Source: Marsupella aquatica
Lineage: Eukaryota; Plantae; Marchantiophyta
NCBI GenBank assembly: GCA_973895155.1
Contig: OZ316894.1
Span: 16,910,216 to 16,974,215, forward strand
Direction: 5' to 3'
DNA length: 64,000 bases
The notes under the pieces are model-generated. The model did not search any database and had not been told where the DNA came from. It saw nothing but the letters and a program-made list of their open reading frames with translations. Positions 1 through 10,655 of this stretch are shown here, piece by piece; within the stretch, counting starts at the first letter, position 1, and each line of letters starts with the position of its first letter. A program made the position numbers and the translations under genes.

Positions 1-240
1 AGGGATATTACCAACCAAGTAGTTGATAGCGAGGCAGTTACATGTAGAAAAATAGGGGTCATGCAGGATTTTTTTTTACTCGCACGTCCCTTTTACATTT
101 TTTGTGTGTTTTTAAAGGCTGCAGATGGCTAGCGAGCTCGCTAGCAAAAAGAGAGTCCCCAAAAGGGATATTACCAACCAAGTAGTTGATAGCGAGGCAG
201 TTACATGTAGAAAAATAGGGGTCATGCAGGATTTTTTTTT
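1..240. repeat. Direct repeat, period 163 bp (77-bp block at 1-77 and 164-240); an 18-bp perfect palindrome lies between the copies
   Basis: agggatattaccaacc...catgcaggatttttttt occurs at 1 and at 164; gctagcgagctcgctagc at 128-145. Confidence 0.85.
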
Positions 241-1184
241 GCTCGTGCGAGTAAAAATTTTACTGTTTGCTCGCATGTTACAATTACCCGACTCAAACAC
301 TTATTATCAAATTCAACGCTTTCTTTAGAGTGTTTTCCACTTTCCCTGTATGGCCCGAGCTGGCACGATCTCGGTCGAGATGCGATTATCAAGAAATGGA
401 TGTCACTCGGTTTTTAATAAGCATAAGGGAATGTTGTACTACATCACTTCCATTGGTTTTATATGATCGAGTGGGATTATCATAGTATTATCCATCCCTG
501 CAAATGGGGAACGAGCTCGTGTTCCTCTCTTGTACTGAAAATCGGCGCAAGTCAAGTTCCTCCTGAAGCGTGTCACGTATATGAAATTAGAAAACGGAAG
601 CTGTAATAATGTAATTTCTCCAGCTTGAAAGTACAGGTCGACATCGACGCATGATTAATGAAGTCCCAGCGATTGTCGTGAACCAATCTCAGGTTTCCGC
701 AAGCAGCCATGACTCTTGCATATTGGAGCTCATGAAGACCGACCCGCGGATCCTGCCTGATCGTGGGTCAGTGTTTTTTCCTGGACAGTCGGCACTGTGG
801 TGAGAGTACTGATGATTTTGCCTTCATTTTGACGAGAGAGTATTTGGACATGAGCCCCTCTTGTACAAAGACAAGAGTGCGTGTCATCGGGCCTTCCTCT
901 CCCTTTGCCCCCGGCAAGAACGGGAAAGGCGACGAGCAGAGCAGATGCCCGTCTCAGTGGCTCGCACGCTTGCAATCAAAAGCCTCTCTCTCTCTCCCTC
1001 TTTCTCTCTCATATTCTTGCAGCAGTAAAAAAATAAGTTGTCTGCTTTTCAATGAGGGCAGCTGAACAACTTACAAGCTGCAACGCCGCAACGGCCTCTC
1101 TGCCCGCCCATCCGCCCGCCCATCCGCCCGCCCTTCCGCACGTCTGCCCCGGAGGCGAGTATACGGTCCAGCAGGAGGACACCA

Positions 1185-1360
1185 AGTCAGCATCCTCTCA
1201 CCCTGGTTTTTGTCGTTTGCGATCTGCAGTAGCTTCTCTCTTCTCTCATAATTGCCCCAACTTCCACTGATCCTCCTGTAGTCCTGTTCCATGGAAAGTT
1301 TGCACACTGTATATGTTTTTGTACACGTATACTTAACCTGTGCATACCTGTCTTCATAGG
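1185..1360 (+). repeat. Dispersed ~170-190 bp repeat unit, copy 1 (others at ~1875-1987 partial and ~5325-5520)
   Basis: Shared blocks ctcaccctgg..ttttgtcgttt, ataattgcccca, gatcctc..ttccatggaaa and acac..aatct/aacct in the copies. Confidence 0.75.
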
Positions 1361-1872
1361 TTTTTTTCCCTTGAATGAAGCACTTTACTTATGAGAAAAG
1401 TAAACAGCCTACCAAAGACCGAACACAATTAAGTCTCGAGGGCAAAAGGCAATAAGGGAGCATGCTAGTGAAGAGTAACCACATGTTACTCACCAAGAAA
1501 AAACTAACAATAAACAGCAAATATGAGGGCTAACTCTGTCTGGCAAAACAGAGGGACGTCCAGAAAACACTGAGATCTGAAGAACTGTTCCAGGGCACAA
1601 ATCAGGAAGTCTGCTAGTAAACAGAGAAAAAAACAGCAAATATGAGGCTGGCTCGGTCACAAGAATAAAAGGAGGTCAGGTCCAGCAAACACTAAGATCT
1701 GAACAAATATACCCGAGCACACCTTTGCTTGCAAAACAAACCAAAACCACACTAAGCCTGCAGCACTCTGGTAGGGTCAAAGAAACAAGTGAAACCAAAT
1801 GCCACTACCCAAACAAGACTTCAAAGTGGATCAAAAGTGCACTGTGGACGAGAGTCTATCAAAAAAAGGCCA
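1361..1872 (-). mobile_element. Probable 5'-truncated LINE 3' end with short poly(A) tail and an internal ~120-bp duplication
   Basis: Minus strand is T-rich and ends agtaaagtgcttcattcaaggg-A7 at 1361; aaacagcaaatatgagg...aaacact.agatctgaa occurs at ~1512 and ~1631. No recognisable RT. Confidence 0.4.
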
Positions 1873-1935
1873 TCCTTCAGCTTCTCTCGTCTCCCCCTTT
1901 TAATAATTGCCCCAAGTGATCGATCCTCTTATTCC

Positions 1936-4611
1936 ATGGAAAAGGTTGCACACTGTATATGTTTTGTGCGCATATACACAATCTATTACTTTCTTTGCGC
2001 CCGGTCTTTTACCGCCCGTGCTTTGTCTGACCCAGCTCGCCACTCTCATCCCCCTGAGCATAGACGTCTTCGTCGCTCTTGTCGTTTAGCCCAGGCTGGT
2101 GAATATCGTCGGGCTGTCCAGGCCCTTTCTCCCACCACACCAGCCCCCCCTGGCGAGGTCACCTCGTTGGCCCTTCAGGATCTCCATCCGCAGCCCCATG
2201 ATCAGCTCCCTTTGTTTGTCGAGGATTTTGAGCCTGAGGAGGATCTTCAGTTTAGTAGGGACCACTTCACCTATGCCTTCCTCCATGCCCCGCGTTGTTC
2301 TGCTGGTGGCCCCTCCGGCTATGTCTTTGAGCATTTTCGTGATTTATTCCCCCCTGAGGATCCTCAGTTTGGTTTTCCAGTTTTCTTCTCCTTTTGCCAG
2401 TGTATTGCAGCCGGTCGTTTGCCTCCTCCCGTCTCTCGGCTCTTGAGTGCTTCTCGTTTATTGGCCATGGCTAAGTCTTCACCGGGTGTTCGGCCAATTG
2501 CTATTGGGGAGGTTTTTCTTCGTCTTGTGTCTCGCACACTTTCCTCACAGTTTCGCTCTGCACTATCGGATCATCTCTCTCCACATCAGTTTGCAGTTGG
2601 CATTCCTGGCGGTTGTGAGACGGTTATTGCGGGTATTCGAGCTACATTGGACCTCCACCCTGATTGGGTTGTCCTCCAGGTTGATGTCTCTAATGCTTTT
2701 AATACGGTTTCTCGGGCAGCCATTTTTCGTGCTTTGAGGGCGGCGGATCCAGACATCCAGTCCCTGATCCCCTTTGTCCGTTGTTTTTATGGACTCGAGG
2801 CCCCACTCTTCTATAGTCATCACTCCTCTACTGGTGTGTATACCACTCTTTCCTCTGCAGAAGGTACACGTCAGGGTGACCCTTTGGGTGGGCCTCTTTT
2901 TGCCATTGCCCATTTTACAGCTTTACGGGAAGCTGCCATGGCCCACCCCCAGTGTATCTTCCCCTCCCTTTCAGATGACACCCACATCATTGGTCCTCGT
3001 GCCGCGGTTACTTCTGCCCTCGCCACTCTTTCCACCCATTTGATGGGCCTCGGTTTACGAGTTCAGCCTGTGAAGAGTCGTGCATGGAGTCCAGCTGGGT
3101 TACCCTCTGATCTTGTGCTTCCCCCAGGGTTCTTACATCCAGCCGATGGTCTTCGGGTCCTTGGCTCCCCAGTCGGTACCGCCTCCTTTTGCTCATCTTT
3201 CATCGCTGACTCTATACAGGCTGCCTTAGCCCATACTCCTATGCTCCCTAAGTTAGCAGATTCTCAGGCAGCATTTGGGATGTTGTTGAGATGCATCCAC
3301 CCTCGCACGTCTTATCTGGCTAGGACGCATCCCCCTACCGAGGATCTTTGTCTCCACCTTCGAGCATTTGATGTCTCCATTCGTCAGACCCTGGCCTCTC
3401 TTTTAGGTCCGGGTACGTTGCTCTCATCTCCGTGGCTTCATCGACAACTCAGTCTTCCTATTTCGCAGGGTGGTTTTGGGCTTACTTCCATTGAGAGCCT
3501 TGCACCTTTGGCCTTTTTGGGTGCATGGGCGGCCGCCTTCTCGTTGTTGGCCGATCGTTTTCTTATTGAGGATCGCCCTTTTTTACTTTCATCTCTCATG
3601 GAGGTAGAGGAGGGTTCCCTCCCATTTCAGGTTCATTTGCGCGCAGCGCGGTCCTCATTACCAGATCCCGTTCGCGCCGCGTTACCTTCTTTCCAGGAGT
3701 TTTTATCCTTGGATCCTGTTCGTCTTCAGGCAGACCTCGCTGGGCGTATGCACACTTTCACCCTTTCCAGCATCCTCTCCGAGGCACCTGACACGGACCG
3801 AGCTCGGATTCTTTCTTCCGGAGGGAAGGGCGCAGGTGGATGGCTTCAGGCCAATCCAGTCATTCCTCATTTGCGGATGTCTTCAACGGAGTTCTCCACA
3901 GCCATGCGTCTTCGTCTGGGGCTGCCCCACCCACTTCTTGTAGGTTTACCTCCTTCTTGCACTTGTGGGAAGCCTTGTGATGCCACAGGTGTCCATCTTC
4001 TTCGGTGCAGTTTGGGAGGTGAAACCATTATTGTTCACGACGCTGTGCGAGATGCGATTGCTCAGGTTCTCTCTGGCTCTTTGGTATGCGTGCGGCGGGA
4101 GGTGGTACTCGAGTTACCTGGTCCTCCATCACAGCGGTTACGGGTGGATCTTACCATGGTCCGTGAGGGTCAACGTACTTTGGCAGATGTTGTGGTGGCA
4201 AACCCATTGCGCCAAGACATCATTGGGACAGCGGCAACTACGGCAGGGGCAGCAGCGTCACGTGCGGCAACAACGAAGGAGGCCAAATATGCTGCACGAG
4301 CTTCATCCGACAGCTTCCTCCCCCTTGCTGTGGAGCTATTTGGGCGTCTTCATCCTCAGTTTGATGGGCTTCTTCGGCAAGCTGCCCGGGATGTTCATGG
4401 CCGAATGGGTCCCACCGGACCCCCGCTTTCTATTTTGACCACGCACTTTCGCCAACGCATTTCAGTCACCTTACAGCGTGCTCAAGCTCGGGCCATCTAT
4501 CGTCGATCTCTTACAGTGGGTGCTAGTGTGCCTCCGCAGCGGCTAGCTCCCCTTGAGGATGTTCCAATCCCACTTGCCGATCTAGTTTTGACTCTTGATG
4601 TGGACCATTAG
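1936..4611 (+). CDS. Reverse transcriptase / restriction-like endonuclease polyprotein of the CRE element (N-terminally truncated; first in-frame ATG comes from the flank)
   Basis: Motifs GVRPIAIGEVFLRL, HQFAVGIPGGCE, VLQVDVSNAFNTVSR, GTRQGDPLG, LSDDTHIIG, GLRVLGSPVG, LPISQGGFGL; C-terminal CTC..HLLRC knuckle and HD..E..VDL..ADV..K..KY RLE motif; no internal stops. Confidence 0.9.
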   Translation: MEKVAHCICFVRIYTIYYFLCARSFTARALSDPARHSHPPEHRRLRRSCRLAQAGEYRRAVQALSPTTPAPPGEVTSLALQDLHPQPHDQLPLFVEDFEPEEDLQFSRDHFTYAFLHAPRCSAGGPSGYVFEHFRDLFPPEDPQFGFPVFFSFCQCIAAGRLPPPVSRLLSASRLLAMAKSSPGVRPIAIGEVFLRLVSRTLSSQFRSALSDHLSPHQFAVGIPGGCETVIAGIRATLDLHPDWVVLQVDVSNAFNTVSRAAIFRALRAADPDIQSLIPFVRCFYGLEAPLFYSHHSSTGVYTTLSSAEGTRQGDPLGGPLFAIAHFTALREAAMAHPQCIFPSLSDDTHIIGPRAAVTSALATLSTHLMGLGLRVQPVKSRAWSPAGLPSDLVLPPGFLHPADGLRVLGSPVGTASFCSSFIADSIQAALAHTPMLPKLADSQAAFGMLLRCIHPRTSYLARTHPPTEDLCLHLRAFDVSIRQTLASLLGPGTLLSSPWLHRQLSLPISQGGFGLTSIESLAPLAFLGAWAAAFSLLADRFLIEDRPFLLSSLMEVEEGSLPFQVHLRAARSSLPDPVRAALPSFQEFLSLDPVRLQADLAGRMHTFTLSSILSEAPDTDRARILSSGGKGAGGWLQANPVIPHLRMSSTEFSTAMRLRLGLPHPLLVGLPPSCTCGKPCDATGVHLLRCSLGGETIIVHDAVRDAIAQVLSGSLVCVRREVVLELPGPPSQRLRVDLTMVREGQRTLADVVVANPLRQDIIGTAATTAGAAASRAATTKEAKYAARASSDSFLPLAVELFGRLHPQFDGLLRQAARDVHGRMGPTGPPLSILTTHFRQRISVTLQRAQARAIYRRSLTVGASVPPQRLAPLEDVPIPLADLVLTLDVDH

Positions 4612-4850
4612 CTTTTTGCCACAATCGGTAGGAATGATGAGGACCTCGGTCCGCTTGGGTTAGTTTTAGTCTCTCTCTCTTTCTTGGTTTTTAGGGGTTC
4701 CCTATTGTTCATTTCTTACTTTTAGTTCCTCTTTCTTGGTGTTTAGTGGTTCCCTTTTGCTCACTTCTTTTTCGATTGGTTTTGTCCACTTGGGCCCTCT
4801 TTTGTTTGTTCATTTGTACTCTGTTTGGTCCCTTTGTATATAAAAAGTGT
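1987..4850 (+). mobile_element. CRE-clade (RLE-type) non-LTR retrotransposon, 5'-truncated, intact 3' end
   Basis: Continuous RT-zinc knuckle-RLE ORF followed by a T-rich 3' UTR. The 3' UTR aligns with the second copy at 13284-13687 up to ...taaaaagt(g/a)tg. The 5' side abuts a host repeat unit at ~1987. Confidence 0.9.
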
Positions 4851-4899
4851 GATTGTGGTGGTACTTGAAAAAATCTATTACTACTTGCAGAGTTTTGAT

Positions 4900-6440
4900 T
4901 CACTGGCAAAATTTTGCTAGATTCAACTTCTCCAGTTATGGCCAGTTTTGGCAAGACTTTCCTAGGAGTTGCACAACTAGTCACAAACCCCATAAGCCAG
5001 GATCTAACGGCCATCCTTAAATCTTGGAGCAAACGGTCAGAAAATTCAGAAAAATCAGAAGAAAAAAAACAATACTAGCATCATCTCTTTCACAACGGGC
5101 AGCCATTCGCCACACTCGAACCAAACGAAAAAATAATAATTTAAGATTAGCTCTATACCCATGTTTTTATAATTTTCAGACAAATATTACTTTCGGATTC
5201 ACAGGGGCTGGGGCCGGAATCGATGGAACTACAGTATGGGTCCTGGATCCATTGCATGTCATGTACAGACGTATTATGTACGGTGTACTTTTCCGTATTT
5301 AATACGGTCCATCAGGGGGGCATCCAGTCAGCAACCCCTCACCCTGGGTTTTGTCGTTTTGGATCTTCATGAGAGTCTCTATTCTCCTTTGTCAGTAATT
5401 TTTAATAATTGCCCCAAACTTCCACTGATCCTCCTGTTCCATGGAAAAGTTTCCGTTTGCATAGTGTACAAGTTTCAGACACGTGTACACAATCTATGTA
5501 TACCTGTGTTTATAGTTTCGAGGCGATTTTATTTTCGTCTGAAAACTATCGGGTGGGGCCGGGCAGGCTAGATGTATGCCCCGATGCCCGGGTCCTGGAC
5601 CCATTGCATGTCATGCGCACATACGTGCATGATTGCCGCCAATCGGCATCGGTCAGCTCGAGGGACTCTTTTTTTTTGTGGCTCAATGCGCGACCGGGTC
5701 GGAGGGTCTGACAGTGACCTCATCCATGGATGGGTGGTTGGTGCGTTGGGCAGTTGACATGCAATGCCCTCCATTGGAAGTTTGGAACGGCATCAGCCCA
5801 TCAGCACTTCACCATGCCCCACTATACATGAAGAAAGGGAAGGGGGTCGGGCAGGAACGTAATCTTTTATTGAGGTTTTTCTTTTTTCGCGGCGAAAATC
5901 AGCTACGAATATTTTTTATAATGATTTTCTTGAAATATTTTCTTGACTGTTGGATTTCCCAGATTTCAAGATGGTCGTTAGATTCTGACTAATGGGGTTT
6001 GTGGCTGGGTTGGAAACTGGCTAATGGGAAACAGATAGGCTTTTAATTAGCACAAATGCACACTTACTCAATGCTCTCTATTGGGATGGGACTACATCAG
6101 GCCATTAGCAATTCAGCATGCTCCACTATACATGAGTGTAAAAGTGCCAAGAATAAGGGGGGTTTGGCAGCAACCTAGTCTTCAGGGGTTTTTTCCCCAG
6201 TGTGGCAAAGGTCAGCCTGTTGGAAGAGAAAGATGCTAGGAACATTTTCATCTAATTTACTTGGAATACTTTTTGACTGTTAGATCTTCCTAGATTTAAA
6301 GATGACCCTTAGATTCTGGCTGATGGGGTCTGTGCCTGGATGAGAAATGGCAATGGAACTACAAAACCTAACCAGATATAGTCAAAATTGACAATAACTT
6401 TTGGAGAGTTGGAATCTAGCAAGTTTTGGCCACTAAAAAA
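4900..6440. repeat. Dispersed repeat family: inverted copy ~4900-5030, direct copies ~5790-6030 and ~6100-6440, further copy ~18250-18430
   Basis: Core ttagattctg(a/g)ct.a.ggggt.tg.g.ct.g recurs; 4900-5030 is approximately the reverse complement of 6290-6435. Confidence 0.65.
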
Positions 6441-7654
6441 CACCTTGTTGGGCAGTGCATATATGAACATGGCTATGATTATGTTCGCGGCATGGGGCAT
6501 CGTCTATCCTTACTACAGGCAAAAAAGCATTCGTCAGCAAAGCAAAGCGAGGAGAGGGAGACGTTGGGAGGGGGGCCCCTTTTCGTGGCACTTGAGTCGA
6601 TGCAGTGTTCCATCTTGTTGAAATCATGCCAATTGTTCGTAGACTAGCCCAAATAATATTGTCAAATCTTGCCTATTGTTTATGTACTAGCCCAAATACC
6701 AGTGCCTATGCATTAGAAGGGCTTCACGCTAGACACCTGATGCCGATCCTTACTCACAAGCTTAGTCAAATACAAAATGAAAATTGGTTATCAGATAAAA
6801 AATTTCACCTATGGATTGACTCTAGAGACATTATGACCTATGGGTTTACTGTAGAGAAGATGTCATGAACACTAGATATGCAAATTGTAGTACAGATTGA
6901 CCTTACTCATTGAGATGGTCATCACCAACTTAAAGAGGCCCATGAGCCAATTGCCCATGACTATAGCCACAAAGCCCGACCCTTGAAAGGTTACTCATGC
7001 AAATACTCATTCATTCATATATCACTGCATTATGCTTTTTACAATTTTTTATTACTAGCTCTAACTTGGCAAGCATTAAACAATGTGGCTATATTGGTTC
7101 CCATGAATCATGATATTGAACTCTAAGAACCTTCTAAAACATCTCTCAAATGCCAATAAAATGGCAGAATAGTGGTCTTGATTTTTTTCTCCCACTTTGT
7201 CTAGTGATCTGGAATGTGTGGACCCAACAATAGTCCAAGCCACCAAGATCCATCGTCTACGTGGAATTGTGAGGGATGGTGAAAGACTTAGGTGACACGC
7301 AAAATCAATGAGCTTCCTATATATAACTGTGTATATGCTAGTTTTGTTTTATGGGGGGCTTGGAGTCTTGGGGGAAAATATCGCAAGCTGGTTATAGTTT
7401 AATACTTTAGAGGAAATTCCATAGGAAGGCATACGATAAAACATTTCTAGACAACAAGTTCTTTGGGAATATGGTATTCAATTAAGATAAGAGGACAAAT
7501 TGAGCCTACCAAACCAATATATTGAGCCCTTATTAATACATAAGTATCTTGAAGCCTTACTAGATACGTAGTAGTACTTTAAACTCAAAAATCTGATCAC
7601 CAATGAAGTAATTAGCTTTGGAACCCCGTTACCCCACGTATGCAACAACTACTC

Positions 7655-8155
7655 TGCTTTCTTTTTGTTTTGAAAGAAAACTTTACTGTCAAGCAGAATA
7701 CAATAAGAGATTGAAACATCTTAAAACGAGATGGTGTCACACTTGGGACTTAAAGACTTAAGGGTGGCTTACCACGTGGGGCTGCATTTCCAATTGTTTT
7801 TCACCAAAGCAAACTGGAGTACTACTTCTCATTTTATAGATAGAGTCCAGATCAGATATTTTGAAATAAAATTCAATAAACAGAAATCCCTTGAGTAGCC
7901 TGGAACTCTTGCACCAACTCTGGAAGTCTACAATTCTCTATAAACAAGAACCACACATAATCTTTACTTGAGCCCACTACTTGCCACGCGGAATGGCAGA
8001 ATCGGTAGACACCATACCCACATGGGCCCCCAATTCTTGTCAAGCCAACTGAAGCTGGTTTCACTCATTATATAGTCCAGATTTAGTCTCAGATGGAATA
8101 AAACAAAACAATGAGCGCAATGTTTTAGTGAAGGGTTGAGAGAGGAAAGGTGCAT
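7655..8155 (-). mobile_element. Possible decayed LINE 3' end
   Basis: Minus strand ends cagtaaagttttctttcaaaacaaaaagaaa, typical of plant L1 tails; only short broken ORFs upstream. Confidence 0.3.
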
Positions 8156-8219
8156 TGTTCTACGCTTTTAAGAACCCTCGTTATAATACAAGCACACTAT
8201 GCTTAGAATATTCTTCAAT

Positions 8220-8600
8220 ATTTATCACAAAATTTGAGGTTTGACAAGCACAAAGAATATAGTTATCACAAAATTTGAGGTTTGACAGGCACTCTAAAAT
8301 TTATTGTCAGCTAATCCAAATTTTCCAAAAGTAGGTTTTCTGTTCCAGCCCGGGCTATTACCAAGGTTATTTGGCGTCAAGAAGTGACTAGACATTCCTC
8401 TAAGGACAAAGCATTCTTTTAAAGTCGACAGGTGTACAAAATGGTTTCAGGTCTTACAAAGCACTCTAAAATATTTTGTCAGTCAGGTCCAAAAAATTCA
8501 TAGTTCATTATATTGTTCTAGCCATGGCTATCAGTACGGTAATTTGGCATCAGGATGGACCAGACATTCCTGTAACTCATATTTACCTGTTTAAAGACCA
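8220..8600. repeat. Degenerate tandem duplications (41-bp and ~172-bp periods)
   Basis: ttatcacaaaatttgaggtttgaca occurs twice; gcactctaaaat...agacattcct occurs twice. Confidence 0.7.
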
Positions 8601-9046
8601 TGGGTGTTGTAACTTTTCAGGAGGCCAAATCAATGATTATTCTAGTGTTTAGAGTCATGAAGCCCGTCAGAAATTTTTAGGACCTCAGCGGACACCATTC
8701 TTAAATTTTGGATCTGGTTTCCACCAGGGGGCCCTTTGCCCAAAAGCTTTGATTATCCACGTGTGCGCTCTAGTGGCAATGCTGGTTTGACATTTGACTG
8801 GTGCTTGCCCGTGTGCCATGTTTCGAATTGGGGTGACATATCTCTTGGGATACTCTCAGATTTGAGACATGTACACACTCATCCATTCCCCTATTTAGTA
8901 GCCAACACCTCGTTTCCCAGCCCCCAAAAGTTGTCGTACCAACCACAGTTGGCCCAGGTGACCCAGCTTCAACACCAACGGACAACACTACACGACTAGA
9001 ATCTCTCCCTCACTCTCGTAAGGCGGTAAGGAACACATTCTTGGAG

Positions 9047-10655
9047 AGGACAATTATGACAGGTAGGAAGTTAGATGCTTCCATTAGAGTAATGAGTACT
9101 TGAATGGACCCCATAACATGGGAGGTCGGCAGCTGATTGGCTGTGGCATTACTCTTGTGGGGAATAGTTCCATGGCATATATAATTTACTCTCAAGTTTC
9201 ATTCAGTTTTTAATGAGGGAAATGAAGAATGCAGAGGATCAGGGAACTGTGTGTAATTTCTCTTCTTCTCTTAGGGCCTTTAAGCGTGTTAAAGCCATCT
9301 TCACAGAGCATTATTTTTGTAGTAATGTACTGTTAGAGGGCATTGTGCGCTATATTGGCCTAAAACAGGAGGCTCAGCTGAGTTTTGAGGGGTTGGCATT
9401 CTCATGGTGCTTGACCTTTAATACACTTAAAAGCCTCACAAGTTCTTATTTTTCTGAGTGTGGTTACATAAAGGAGTAATTTAATAATGAGTTATCTAAC
9501 CTTTGACTGTGGCATTTCTTCATAAATGCCCTTGAAATTAAAAATAGTAAAATCAGGAAAGGCATTAAGTACAATAACAGTCACTGAAAACTCTATCTAA
9601 AACTCTCGCTTTGCAGGGATTTATGGCCCACAATGCCCTTGAAGGACAATTTTGACAGGTAGGAAGTCAGATGCTTCCATTAAAATAGGGAGTTCTTCAA
9701 TGGACTCCATAACGTGGGAGATTGGGAAATGATTGGCTATGACATGGCACTTGTGGGGAACAGTTCCATAGCAGACATATTCTCAAGGTTCATGCAATTT
9801 TTAATGTGGGAAATGAAGCATGCACCGGCCAGATTTGGATGTGGGTTTGCGAAACTTCTCAGTTACTTTAATAAGCCTAGTTAAAATAGAAGATCTCTTA
9901 GGCATGTAAGTGTATTAAAGCACTGTTACGAGGGCATCCGGGGCGTTAAGAGGACATTAGGGGAAATAAAGCCCCTTGAAACTTGACCTAAAGTTGTGGT
10001 TACTAGTCAATATATAGGTAATAACAAATAAGTAACATATTCTTGGATTAAAGGATTACAGGTAGGAACTTACATGCTTCCTTTGCAGTCATGAGTACTT
10101 CAATGGACTCCATATTGACAGATGATTGGCTATGACATGATACTTGTGGGGAACGGGAACAGTTCCATAGCATACATATGCCAAGTCTCATGCAATTTTT
10201 GATGTGTGAATTGAAGAATGCACAGCGCAGATTTTGCTGGAAGCATTGTGAAACCTTTCCACTAATTTAACTAATACTAGTAAAAGTAGTACATTATGGG
10301 CAATAATAGTCACTCCGAACTCGAGCTAAAAAGCCCTCAAGTTAGGGTGTGTTGCCGTCTGCAATGCGACTCAAGCGAAGGCCCTCATTTTTCGGGGCTT
10401 CAGGGCCCCGGGCACTCAAAAGCGCTGTTACCAGGGGATTATTCATTAACATAATCTTGCAGATTAAGGACAATTTTGACAGGTAGGAAGTTAGATGCTT
10501 CCATTAAAGTCACAAGGCTTCCATTAAAGTCACAAGTCCTTGAATGGACCCCATAAGATGGGAGATTGAGCGGTGATTGGCTCTTACAAGGCACTTGTGT
10601 GAACTGCTCCAATGCATACATATCCCCAAATTTACTGCAATTTTTAATGTGGGAA
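9047..10655 (+). repeat. Array of four ~190-bp conserved cores (starts ~9047, 9643, 10052, 10467) with variable linkers
   Basis: acaggtaggaa.t.a.atgcttcc...aatggac.ccata...tgattggct...cttgtg.g.a...gcaattttt.atg recurs four times. Confidence 0.85.

Noticed and set aside
1789-1935. N-terminal 49 aa of the 940-aa ORF call
   Set aside because: GTG start in flanking LINE-like and repeat DNA; not part of the retroelement protein.
4632-4660. Hammerhead-like TGATGA + stem-loop
   Set aside because: Lacks the C of CUGANGA and the GAAA after stem II in both copies.
6640-7260. Possible decayed retroelement pol fragment
   Set aside because: No motif could be matched convincingly by eye.
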